A stretch of 36,559 nucleotides of DNA from Barthelona sp. PAP020 (lineage: Eukaryota), in the NCBI GenBank assembly GCA_040182905.1, contig JARQWU010000083.1, positions 1 through 36,559 of the forward strand, written 5' to 3'. The translations under genes and the position numbers were made by a program. This document shows, piece by piece, positions 27,253-36,559 of the stretch. The notes beneath the pieces are model-generated. The model ran no database searches and was not told the origin of the DNA. It saw nothing but the letters and a program-made list of their open reading frames with translations. The stretch's first letter is position 1; each line of letters opens with the position of its first letter.

Positions 27253-28179
27253 TCATGCAAGAATTGCAACACCCTCAGGGTCGAGAATATCTGATCTTCT
27301 TTGATAATTTCTATAAGGAACATAGTCATAATGTTTGTTAGTTCTTTGAGTCAAACCACCACTTGCAGTTCCGGCATAAACTTCAAGGTGTAACATATAT
27401 GATCTGGCAGAACTGGTATTTTTAATAATTTTTCCAATAACTTCACCTTTAGAAACTCTATTACCAGCTCTCTTTGATGATTCAATTTCACAATATCTGG
27501 CAATAGATCCATCATCATTTTTGACTTCCAAAGCATATGTGCCTGAATAAAACAAATAGTAATTCAAAACAGTTCCAGAGGTCATGGCAACAACAGAAGT
27601 TCCAGCACCATTATAGGGAATTAAATCAGCACCAGCATGAGCTCTTCCACTCCCTCTGGCTGCACCAAACTTACGTCCTCCAGTAATAGGATAGATACTA
27701 GATTTTACAGGAAATACCCAACCAGCACTTTTTCTTTTTTTCCAAAAATCGGAAGCATTGGATGCTCCACCATCACATGCTCCAAGATAATCGGCAGAAA
27801 CATATTCTCCAGCACCAACTGCAGCCCAACCATTAACGGTGGAAAGAATTGTGACTTTACTCATATGGGACAATGTCCTAACAATTGAATAAGATTGACC
27901 AGGTCCCGAACGAACATGCAAAGATGTTGCAAGAACACATTTGGTTTGGGTTGAACAATCAGCTAAATAGGTGGAAGAACAGTAATTACCATCAGAAAGT
28001 TTGGCCCAACCATTGGAATAAGAACTAACTGAAACAGTGGCACCTTTTGTAACTGTTTTAACAACAGAATAAAGAGTACTTGGTCCTGACCTGATATTTA
28101 AAGTGGTTGCAGTAACACATTGAGTTTTGGCATAAATTGCAACAAAAGACAAAATGAAAATGAGAAGAAATTCCTTCAT
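27253..28179 (-). CDS. Secreted protein with two bacterial SH3 (SH3b) domains and an M23-family metallopeptidase domain
   Basis: Signal peptide MKEFLLIFILSFVAIYA; two L(N/H)(I/V)RSGP...NGWA...Y.S..YL repeats; M23 motifs FGAARG...RAHAGADL, GTSVVAMTSGTV, V.KGEVIG, LHLEVY and LDP. Confidence 0.9.
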   Translation of the reverse strand: MKEFLLIFILSFVAIYAKTQCVTATTLNIRSGPSTLYSVVKTVTKGATVSVSSYSNGWAKLSDGNYCSSTYLADCSTQTKCVLATSLHVRSGPGQSYSIVRTLSHMSKVTILSTVNGWAAVGAGEYVSADYLGACDGGASNASDFWKKRKSAGWVFPVKSSIYPITGGRKFGAARGSGRAHAGADLIPYNGAGTSVVAMTSGTVLNYYLFYSGTYALEVKNDDGSIARYCEIESSKRAGNRVSKGEVIGKIIKNTSSARSYMLHLEVYAGTASGGLTQRTNKHYDYVPYRNYQRRSDILDPEGVAILA

Positions 28180-28362
28180 AATCACAAAAAAATATGTTGA
28201 AATGAAATGAAATCAAACAGAATCTTTTTCTCCAAAAGTAAATATTTTACAAATTTTCACTTTCATTCTCTTACACAATCTGTAACATCCCCCAATTTAT
28301 TGAAAAACAACAATTAAAAAAAAATAAAATAATTTCTTTTCAAAAAATGTTTTTGGGATAAG

Positions 28363-29655
28363 ATGGAATTTACAGAGAAATATTCACAAAATATTCAAAC
28401 AAAATTTTCTCCAGATGGTACAAAATTAGCAACTGTTGTCTCTGCCAAATTGATTGTTCGTGATTCAATCACTTTGGAAAATTTACAAATGTTCGAATGC
28501 ATAGATGTTGTGACACAAATTGAATGGTCTCCCAACAATCGATTTATCCTAATAATTTATTCAAAGCAAAATTTGTTGGTAGCTTTTGATTTAGATAATC
28601 CTTCATGGAAATGTAATATTGATTCTGGATTAATGGGAATACGTTGGGCTGCGTTTTCTCCATCTTCTACACATATTTTAACTTTATCTCAACAAAATGT
28701 TAGATTTTCCATTTATAACATTGAAGAACGTTCTGCAAAATATATTGACTCTCCAAAGAATGAAAATTGCATAAGGTTCAATGATAGTGGTGATTTGTTC
28801 TTTATTGTTACCAACAATAAGGCAATTGATCAATTGTCAATATTGGAATTTCCTAATTGGACAATTAGACACTCATTTAACCTAGATTCTTTTGATTGTA
28901 ATGAAATAAGAATATTAAATGGTACAGTCATAGTCATTGACAGTCCAATTGAATATAAGTTATTGGGATATTCTTTTTTGGGCAAATTGCAGTTTAATTA
29001 TCGGGCATATTCAGATGGATTAGGAATTAAGTCACTTGATATTGGAAGAGATAGAGATAGAAAGAAAGAATTAATTTCTATTGGATCTTATGATCAAAAA
29101 GTTCGATTATATGATTGTTTACTTCGAAAAGTTGTGTATGAGTTCAACCATTTATCAATTATTGATGATGATGACAGTGATGTGTCTGGTGAGAAGCAAC
29201 TGATTGTTTACAGAGAAGTTAGCAGTGTAAATGGAAAATACTTTGAAATATGTAACAACAAAATAAAATTGGAGAATAAAAAAGTACCATTGATGGCCAA
29301 TCCACCAATAGGTATTGGTCTGAATAAGTTTTCTTCAAATGGAAGATATTTAGCGACAATAAATGATAATATGCCAAAAGTAGTTTGGATTTGGTCTATT
29401 GAACACCTAAAATTAAAGTCTTTAGTTATAATGGAATATCCAATCACTGCTGTATGTTGGCATCCCAGAATTAGTGTTTTAGCCATTTGCAATGGAACGG
29501 AATCTGTTGGGTTTTGGGATGAAGAAAATTGTTCTCATTTGGAATTGCCTCAAGACGATTTTTTCTGTTCAAGCATTGATTTTAATGATCAAGGGGTAAT
29601 TCTAGCACAAAATAGTATCCATTTTTGTTGTGGTTATCCTGAGATCATTGATTAA
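28363..29655 (+). CDS. WRAP73: WD repeat protein WRAP73/WDR8 (centriole/basal body)
   Basis: Motifs MEFTEKY, FSPDG..LA, WKCNIDSG, AYSDGLGIKS, IGSYDQKVR and PPIGIG...LATINDNMPKVVWIW. Confidence 0.88.
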   Translation: MEFTEKYSQNIQTKFSPDGTKLATVVSAKLIVRDSITLENLQMFECIDVVTQIEWSPNNRFILIIYSKQNLLVAFDLDNPSWKCNIDSGLMGIRWAAFSPSSTHILTLSQQNVRFSIYNIEERSAKYIDSPKNENCIRFNDSGDLFFIVTNNKAIDQLSILEFPNWTIRHSFNLDSFDCNEIRILNGTVIVIDSPIEYKLLGYSFLGKLQFNYRAYSDGLGIKSLDIGRDRDRKKELISIGSYDQKVRLYDCLLRKVVYEFNHLSIIDDDDSDVSGEKQLIVYREVSSVNGKYFEICNNKIKLENKKVPLMANPPIGIGLNKFSSNGRYLATINDNMPKVVWIWSIEHLKLKSLVIMEYPITAVCWHPRISVLAICNGTESVGFWDEENCSHLELPQDDFFCSSIDFNDQGVILAQNSIHFCCGYPEIID

Positions 29656-29777
29656 AATTGTAAAAGCGATTTTTTTTTTTCAATAATTTGTTTATTGCCC
29701 AATGTCCACACTTAGAACTAATTTTAAAATGGAAGAAAAAAAAATTACAATTTTACAATTACGTTTCAACATTATTG

Positions 29778-30926
29778 TTACAAATCTTTTCGCCATGAAG
29801 GCACATTAATGTGTCTTGCAGATGGAATATAGAGTTCATTATTGGTTGTGCTTTCTTCCTCTTCTTCCACTTGAACACGATGCGTGAGAGATTGTGTATG
29901 TTTAAACAACCTTTCAGGATTTCTTTCAACCTCTATTCTGCTTGTGGCCAACTTTTCAGCAAGATCAAAAGCAGTTTCACGTTTATTTTTTCTGCTAATT
30001 GCTCTTTTACGTTTTTGCAACATTTGTTCTGATCTTTCTTTTATGTGAGGAATCCTGGAGTGCATTTCATTTTCTTTCTTTTGTTTTAGAAATTCTTGAT
30101 GTTTCATCTTTTCAACTCTCATTAATTCTTCATCATGAGCCTTTTGTGATTTATACTGTGCAACTAATTTTTTTTTTAACGCAAGTTGTGCCTCTGTTTT
30201 TTCCTTCAATTCTTGCTTTTCTTTTAACAATTGTTGTTCTTTCATTATATTATCTTCAAGACTCTTTGCTTGTTTCTCTTTTTTCCAAATGGATATTTTT
30301 TCTTTAATTTTTGCCCTTTCTGCAGGTGTACGCTCATGAACTTTTTCTTTATATCCACTTGATGAAAAACTAACAGAATCAGGCAATAAATCTGCGTATG
30401 GATAATCTTTTTTGGCACTACGAACTGAATCACGTTCTTGCAACCATGCAGGAACAGACACATTAGAATTTACATTTTTAGTCACATCTTCTTTGCTTAT
30501 CTTGTCATAATTTTTCTTTAGTTCAACAATTTCAGTTTCTAAATTTTGAATGTTTTTTGACAATTTAGTAAATCTAATGGCAAATCGTTCTTTTGATTTC
30601 GATAAATAATTTTCAATTTCTTCTAATGCTTTATCAACAGTTTGAAAACTACCAGAAGATGGTTGGTTTTGTATCAAACTCATTTTTGAAGAAAAGGTCA
30701 GTTGATATTGACGTAATTTAAACAAAAATCCTTTCAGTTTTTGAGTTTCATTCTCAAAATGGATATTAGAACGACTTACATCTTGAATAATAGGATGTAA
30801 AACATCAGACAAAATTCGAATTGGTTGAGTGATTGATGAGAATGTATCATGATTTTGTTTGTTAAATTCAATCTGCAAACGTCGATACTCTTGAATCCAA
30901 CTACTCTTAGAAATAAATTTAGTCAT
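29778..30926 (-). CDS. CCDC112: Coiled-coil domain-containing protein 112-like
   Basis: Coiled-coil body. The C-terminal ERNPERLFKHT...VPSWRKDL resembles the CCDC112 RDPSRL..PT...IPTWR tail. Confidence 0.6.
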   Translation of the reverse strand: MTKFISKSSWIQEYRRLQIEFNKQNHDTFSSITQPIRILSDVLHPIIQDVSRSNIHFENETQKLKGFLFKLRQYQLTFSSKMSLIQNQPSSGSFQTVDKALEEIENYLSKSKERFAIRFTKLSKNIQNLETEIVELKKNYDKISKEDVTKNVNSNVSVPAWLQERDSVRSAKKDYPYADLLPDSVSFSSSGYKEKVHERTPAERAKIKEKISIWKKEKQAKSLEDNIMKEQQLLKEKQELKEKTEAQLALKKKLVAQYKSQKAHDEELMRVEKMKHQEFLKQKKENEMHSRIPHIKERSEQMLQKRKRAISRKNKRETAFDLAEKLATSRIEVERNPERLFKHTQSLTHRVQVEEEEESTTNNELYIPSARHINVPSWRKDL

Positions 30927-30972
30927 TTAAAGCCAAATCATAAAAACAAAAAATATTTCTTTTTTCAAAACT

Positions 30973-31695
30973 ATGGTTAATTTAAAGAAATTTGGTCCGA
31001 ATCGAGCTCATAAAGAGCGTAGTCAACTTTCAAAGCGTCAACATTTGGGTTTATTGGAGAAACATAAAGATTATGTTTTGAGAGCAAGATCTTATCAAAA
31101 AAAGAAAAAATTAGTAAAACAAATGACAGCAAAAGCAAGACAAAGAAATCCTGAGGAGTTTTATTTCAACATGTTGAATTTAAAGAAAACAAAAGATGGT
31201 CTGAAGAATAAATATCCTAAAAGTTTCACTCAAGAAGATATAGAATTATTAAAGAGCCAAGATTATACATATTTATCATTGAAATTGAATGAAGAAATGC
31301 GAAAAGTAGAAAAAATTGAAAATCAATTGAAAGCTTTGCAACCGGTTTCTAAAACAATAAATTCTTTGTCTTTAGTTGAAGATAATGCAGAAGATGAAGA
31401 TTCTCACAGTTTTCAAGATGAGGATTCTCAGTATTTTGAGTCGGGCAGTGAAAGTGATGATGATATTGACACAAATCATAATAGAATTGAAGAAAATTTC
31501 ACATCATCGAAAGATAGTCTTAATATTGATGACCTTAAAAAAAAATTAGATTTAGCAAGACATAGAATGGAAAAATTATATGAATTGACCAGTTTTCAAA
31601 AACATTCAAATCGAAAAATGAAAGGTGGACCTTCTGTTTCCAAGGAAGTTTCCAGCAAAAAAGTCGCTCAAATGATTACCCCAAGAAATAGATAA
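30973..31695 (+). CDS. UTP11: U3 snoRNA-associated protein 11
   Basis: HKERSQ...R.HLGLLEKHKDYVLRA...RNPEEFYFNM...LLKSQD. Confidence 0.95.
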   Translation: MVNLKKFGPNRAHKERSQLSKRQHLGLLEKHKDYVLRARSYQKKKKLVKQMTAKARQRNPEEFYFNMLNLKKTKDGLKNKYPKSFTQEDIELLKSQDYTYLSLKLNEEMRKVEKIENQLKALQPVSKTINSLSLVEDNAEDEDSHSFQDEDSQYFESGSESDDDIDTNHNRIEENFTSSKDSLNIDDLKKKLDLARHRMEKLYELTSFQKHSNRKMKGGPSVSKEVSSKKVAQMITPRNR

Positions 31696-31835
31696 TGAAA
31701 ACTTGCGGTTTATAAATAGTCTATATTTTATTTTAAAATGTGAAATTCAAAAATTAATCTGAATGTAAGCTCCTTCAACTAGTTTTGTTTGAGATTGAAA
31801 AGCAAGATTTTTTTTTCATTAAAAAGAGAAAGAGA

Positions 31836-32696
31836 ATGCATCCCGAAGTTGTGGAAAAATTGCAACAAATAAGAGAAGAAAGAGGATTTATTGCAAAAGA
31901 TTGGATTGAAAAGAAAATTCAAATTGTTATTGATTATTTTCGTAACTCTGGTTTAAAAGCATGTTGTTTAGGTTTATCTGGAGGAATTGATTCTTCAGTT
32001 ACATTGGCTTTGATGAAAGAAGTTCAAAAAGCTCCAAACAGTCCACTTGAAAGAGTTTTGGCAATTGCAATGCCTATTCATTCAACGTCTAGTATTCAAA
32101 ATCGTGCGTATGAAGTTGCAAACGCAATAGATGCTGAAATTGTTACTGTTGATCAATCTGCAGTGTTTGATATGTTGAAACCAACCATTGATAATGCTTT
32201 AAAAATGGAAGGAAATGCTTTTGCTGGTGGACAATTAAGAAGTTATATGAGAACTCCTGTCAATTATTATGTTGCCCAACTATTGTCTCAAGCTGGACAA
32301 CCTTGTGTTGTCATGGGTACTGGAAATCAAGATGAAGATGGATATCTTTATTATTTTTGTAAAGCTGGTGATGGAGTTGCTGATCTTCAAGTTATTGCAG
32401 ATCTTCACAAGTCCGAAGTGTTCAAAGTTGGAGCTGCGTTGAATCTTCCATCTTCTGTTTTGGATGCACCACCATCTGCTGATTTATGGGAAGGACAAAC
32501 TGATGAGGAAGAACTTGGTGTAAGCTATGATTATGTTGAACTGTATACTACGTTAAAAAAGAATGCTGTGGCACTTGAAGATTGGAAAAAGCAATTGTCA
32601 AAAGAAGCCTTGGATGATTTTTTAAGGGCGCAAGAAATTATTGAAAGAGTTCATTACCGCAATAAACATAAAGAAACATATCCTATCAACTTATAA
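31836..32696 (+). CDS. nadE: NH3-dependent-type NAD+ synthetase (single domain, no glutaminase domain)
   Basis: Motifs LGLSGGIDS, VMGTGN..E, YFCKAGDG, IADLHKSEV and PSADLWEGQTDEEELG. ATG at 31836. Confidence 0.92.
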   Translation: MHPEVVEKLQQIREERGFIAKDWIEKKIQIVIDYFRNSGLKACCLGLSGGIDSSVTLALMKEVQKAPNSPLERVLAIAMPIHSTSSIQNRAYEVANAIDAEIVTVDQSAVFDMLKPTIDNALKMEGNAFAGGQLRSYMRTPVNYYVAQLLSQAGQPCVVMGTGNQDEDGYLYYFCKAGDGVADLQVIADLHKSEVFKVGAALNLPSSVLDAPPSADLWEGQTDEEELGVSYDYVELYTTLKKNAVALEDWKKQLSKEALDDFLRAQEIIERVHYRNKHKETYPINL

Positions 32697-32792
32697 ATGC
32701 AAAATAAATATTTTTTTTTTTGGACATGTTTTCATTTGAAGAACAAAAACTTTATACACAGTAAATGATCCCCATAATTAATCTTTTTATTC

Positions 32793-33086
32793 ATGAGAAG
32801 GACTGGTGACATTTTAAGTCCAACAAACATTGATAATTTCAAAAGATTAATAACCAACCAAAGGAATTCTCAATATTTACAAGTAGTTCCTTTAAGTCCA
32901 ACTGAACATCTGTTGGATGAAAATATCTCATTGAATGAAGAAGAAAAGTCAATCAAAAACAAAAACAAATCAAACAGTGATTTCTTAATGATTTTCTTTC
33001 TTATTGTGATAGTTTTAATAGTCGTTGTCAAAATTATATTGATGCACAAAGAAGAACAAACAAAATTGAATCGTCTTTTCTTTTAA
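32793..33086 (+). CDS. Small protein with a single C-terminal TM helix
   Basis: 97-aa ATG-initiated ORF filling the gap between genes; hydrophobic stretch FLMIFFLIVIVLIVVVKIIL. Confidence 0.55.
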   Translation: MRRTGDILSPTNIDNFKRLITNQRNSQYLQVVPLSPTEHLLDENISLNEEEKSIKNKNKSNSDFLMIFFLIVIVLIVVVKIILMHKEEQTKLNRLFF

Positions 33087-33168
33087 TTTAATAAATATGT
33101 GTGAAAAAACAATTTTTATTTTCTGTTGTTTTTAGTATCATCTTCCTATTTTTCTTTTTTAATATGAA

Positions 33169-36117
33169 ATGTCATTAAAATTGAAAGAAAACTTACCAAA
33201 AGATAATAATGAAACAATTGATGAAGAAGAAACAATTGAAATTAAAAATCTTGATTTGAAGAATTGTTTTTCAGTTTTTGAGAGCAAAATATCTCAAAAA
33301 TTGAATAAATTGTTAGATTTATTTGAAATTGAGGATAAAAATGAAAAATTCCGAGACGCATCCAATTTGGTTTTTTGTTTAACCAAGAAAATTTACATAA
33401 AATACACAGATTTTGAAAAAAATTCAAAGGAATATATCAATAATTTATTCAATTTGCTCCTTGATGTGTGTAATACATTGATTGTTGAACAACAGACCAT
33501 TCTTGTTGTTCTCGAAATCTGGCAAAAAATTCAATCAATTTTTGTTAAAATATGTTATATATGTAATATTGATTTCCAAATTGAGTTTCTGAGTGATTTC
33601 CAAAATATTGAAATGGAAATAGTTGAGTTTGTGAAAAGTAAAATGGAGAAACAGGATTTTTTACATGATTTTATGGATAAATCTGATGATATTTTGGTGG
33701 AAAAATTGAAGTTTATTCCTCCTGAAAACATTGTTGGTTTTGAAAGAAAACAAAAGAACAGTGTTTTTCAGTGCAAATATGATTGTATTTATCAAGGTGA
33801 AAATGTTTTGGTCATAAAAAGTGATTTATCTCAAGTAATTGTTGGAAAAAAATTTCAGCAAATTATTGGTTTCACTGTATCGATTTCATGTCAAAAATAT
33901 GTTGTTTTCAAACATGAAAAAACTTTTAAATCTTTTGAATATATGAATGCTTTTGAAAGGTTTTCTGCTTTGAAACAAGTTGCTACATTAATTTTTAGAC
34001 ATTCAAAGTGTGATTTGATCAACACTTTCGTGAATTCAAAAAGCATATTTCAAAAAGAAAATGGAGATATTACAATAATTCAACTGTTATATCCTGTTAT
34101 ATCCCTAGATTTTGCGTTAATCACTTTATTCACAGAAACTTTAAGTAAAAATAACGTCAATTATGATTTACACAAGGTTTTTTTTGCTAAAATGAATCTT
34201 GAAGAATTATGTTTGTTTATTGTTAATTTTTGTAATTTTATGAAAAATTCTTTTGAGAATATTCAAAAAAATATCAGTCACAATACGTCTTATTTGGAAG
34301 TGTCAGTTTATGAAGCATGTAAAAATGGATTAATTGATGTTTTGGAAGGTTATTACATTAATCAACCAGAATCTTTGTCTTCTGTTAACAATAGGGGAAA
34401 ATGTTGTGCTCATATTGCCATTCAGTATCAGCAATTGGAAGTTCTTCGTTTTTTTGCTGATAAAGATTTGACTTTTTTGGAAGAAAGAAATCAGAAAGAG
34501 GAAAGTTCTCTTTTGGTTGCATGTAAATATTTTAACTTTGAAATTCTAGAATTTTTACTTTCAACAACTAAATTAATAAATATTCCTGATAATAAAGGAA
34601 ATATTGCCCTCCATTACGCTTGTGAACAATGTAATAAAAAATTGGTTGATAATTTGATATTAAATGGAACATTTGTTGATGTGCAGAATAAATTTAAAAT
34701 TACACCATTATGTATTGCTATTAAACATAGATGTGTGGAAATTGTTCAATGTTTGCTTGATATTGGTGCAAATCCCTTTGATAAAATGCTGAAAACAATG
34801 GAAAAAAGTATAGAAATTGAAAATTTACTGAATAAACGAAAAGAAGAATTAATTGGAGATTTGAATAAGAATATTCATGAGTACATTATTAAGAATGACG
34901 TGGATAAAGTAGAATTGTGCCTTAATTCACAAAAGAATTATTCTTGTTTTTCTGATGAAAAAGGAAAAACTGCCTTATGTCTTGCATGTGAAATGGAAAA
35001 TTTAAATATTGTTCAATTACTTTTATCGTATGGAATGGATCCTGATGAATGTTCAAAGAATGGACTTTTTCCTTTATACATTTGTTGTTCAAAAGGTAAC
35101 AAAACAATTGTGATAGAATTATTGAAAAGAGGAGCTGATATTAATCAACAAGTTAAAAATGGAGTTTATGAGGGTGAAACTTGCATATTTTCTGCAATAA
35201 GAAGTGAAAGAGAACAAATTTTCAAACATTTATTGTACAGTGGAATAAATTTAAACATTTCAAACAAACTCAAACAAAATTGCATGCATGTTGCTTGTTT
35301 ATCTAATTCTTTTGCTATTTTTAAAATTTTAGTGAAAAAATTGAATAATAATGAATTATCTCACCTTTTAAATGATTTTGATGCTTTTGGTTTTTCACCA
35401 ATTCAAACAATGTGTGTGAAAAAGAACAAATTAGAATTTTTAATATTTTTTTTGAATACAATCGATTTTATTGATTTAAATCAAACTAATCAATTAGATA
35501 ACTCGATCTTGCATCAAAGTTGTTTGTTTGAAAATGTGGAAATTTTTGAATATTTGGTTAATTTAAATTCTATTGAATATGATAAAAAAAATTGGGAAAA
35601 TTTGACTCCATATGAAATATTATTGGAAAACAACAGTAAAATTAGTCAAAAAATGGCAAAAATTTTAAAAGAAAAAAATTCTGCAATTTCGTCAAAAAAA
35701 TTTTATGAAAATTCTTTCAATTTTCATCAAGAAAAAAACAAAAAAAGTGAATTGTTTGAAATTTTGCTGATTGACAATGTAAAAAAATTCAGATTATTTG
35801 TTTCAAAATATTGCTTTGATTTTGAAACACAAAATATTTTTGGTGAAACTTTATTATTTCAAATAGTGGATTTCCAAGCCATTAACATTTTGAAATTTGT
35901 TGTCCTGAATGGAATGTTAAATATCAATCATTTGTCAAATAATGGTTCAAATGCATTATTTAATGCAGTAAAAACAAAAAATATGGAGGTTATTAAAATT
36001 CTTGTGAGAAACAACATAAAAATCAATTGTTTTGATAAATTTGGCAATTCACCTTTGCTTATTGCATTTGAATGTGGATACAATGATATGTATGCCTATT
36101 TTACTGAACACATCTAG
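33169..36117 (+). CDS. Multi-ankyrin-repeat protein with an N-terminal helical region and a degenerate kinase-like segment
   Basis: Many ankyrin repeats (GNIALHYAC, ITPLCIA, GKTALCLAC, GNSPLLIA). Residues ~180-305 resemble decayed kinase subdomains I-VII. Confidence 0.85.
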   Translation: MSLKLKENLPKDNNETIDEEETIEIKNLDLKNCFSVFESKISQKLNKLLDLFEIEDKNEKFRDASNLVFCLTKKIYIKYTDFEKNSKEYINNLFNLLLDVCNTLIVEQQTILVVLEIWQKIQSIFVKICYICNIDFQIEFLSDFQNIEMEIVEFVKSKMEKQDFLHDFMDKSDDILVEKLKFIPPENIVGFERKQKNSVFQCKYDCIYQGENVLVIKSDLSQVIVGKKFQQIIGFTVSISCQKYVVFKHEKTFKSFEYMNAFERFSALKQVATLIFRHSKCDLINTFVNSKSIFQKENGDITIIQLLYPVISLDFALITLFTETLSKNNVNYDLHKVFFAKMNLEELCLFIVNFCNFMKNSFENIQKNISHNTSYLEVSVYEACKNGLIDVLEGYYINQPESLSSVNNRGKCCAHIAIQYQQLEVLRFFADKDLTFLEERNQKEESSLLVACKYFNFEILEFLLSTTKLINIPDNKGNIALHYACEQCNKKLVDNLILNGTFVDVQNKFKITPLCIAIKHRCVEIVQCLLDIGANPFDKMLKTMEKSIEIENLLNKRKEELIGDLNKNIHEYIIKNDVDKVELCLNSQKNYSCFSDEKGKTALCLACEMENLNIVQLLLSYGMDPDECSKNGLFPLYICCSKGNKTIVIELLKRGADINQQVKNGVYEGETCIFSAIRSEREQIFKHLLYSGINLNISNKLKQNCMHVACLSNSFAIFKILVKKLNNNELSHLLNDFDAFGFSPIQTMCVKKNKLEFLIFFLNTIDFIDLNQTNQLDNSILHQSCLFENVEIFEYLVNLNSIEYDKKNWENLTPYEILLENNSKISQKMAKILKEKNSAISSKKFYENSFNFHQEKNKKSELFEILLIDNVKKFRLFVSKYCFDFETQNIFGETLLFQIVDFQAINILKFVVLNGMLNINHLSNNGSNALFNAVKTKNMEVIKILVRNNIKINCFDKFGNSPLLIAFECGYNDMYAYFTEHI

Positions 36118-36412
36118 TCACATGTTTTAGTTTTCTTAAAAATGTTTGAAATTTTCGCCACGAACAATTTTTTTATTGTTTGAATTTTTTTTTTAATCTT
36201 TTCAGCAAATGTTAATATATTTATGAATGTGAAAAAATGTTAGAACGTACTATTAATTCAAAAGTGAAAATTAAAAACTTTTGCTTTTCCCAAATGCAAA
36301 AACTGAAATAAAATGTTTTTCATACTTAATCGTTACCATATAATTTTTGCTCCTCAATATTTCCCTTCGAAATCTGACTAAGATTTGCTAGAATGAGTTT
36401 TCTATGTTTACT

Positions 36413-36559
36413 TTGTCGATAATTGGTCAAGTTGTGAAACAAATATTTTTATATTTGCAAAAAAAGTAAACTCAGAAAACTCATTTCATTAAATCTCAGC
36501 CACAGAAAATGAGTGGCTGCAATTGAATCTTGCTCATCAAGTATGAAAATTTTGGAAAA
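36413..36559. repeat. Diverged dispersed repeat, copy 2 (may extend past the window end)
   Basis: Same orientation as 2016-2170 and collinear with it; includes 16-nt and 13-nt exact matches. Confidence 0.8.

Noticed and set aside
1722..32697. TAA stops followed by A (Trichomonas-like UAAA polyadenylation signal)
   Set aside because: About 8 of 13 TAA stops by my count; not clearly above background for this base composition.
1..36559. Alternative genetic code, CRISPR arrays, tRNAs, transposases
   Set aside because: Long ORFs read cleanly in the standard code with all three stops used; I saw no repeat-spacer array, tRNA cloverleaf, or transposase/RT motif.

Overview
AT-rich, very gene-dense eukaryotic nuclear DNA read with the standard genetic code (TAA, TAG and TGA all serve as stops). 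It carries about 21 protein genes, mostly intronless. IFT172, WRAP73 and CCDC112 point to a flagellated protist. Very short intergenic spacers and three tiny introns (36, 36, 40 nt) with a branch point next to the 3' splice site suggest a metamonad-like organism; this is inference only. Recognisable housekeeping genes are ZNF593/Bud20, a frameshifted RPA43, an importin-5-like protein, RAB5IF/OPTI, an EEF1AKMT4-like methyltransferase, a PiT phosphate transporter and UTP11. Main points of interest: (1) a secreted 2xSH3b-M23 peptidoglycan-hydrolase-like gene of apparent bacterial origin with a non-canonical active site, plus two other bacterial-type enzymes (NH3-type NadE, WbpP-like epimerase); (2) an unexplained ~290-nt GC-enriched island with extensive base-pairing potential just downstream of IRE1, a candidate structured ncRNA; (3) a compact IRE1 with a strongly reduced luminal domain; (4) a helical + degenerate kinase + ankyrin protein; (5) a diverged dispersed repeat present twice. 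All protein identifications come from motif recognition, not database searches.
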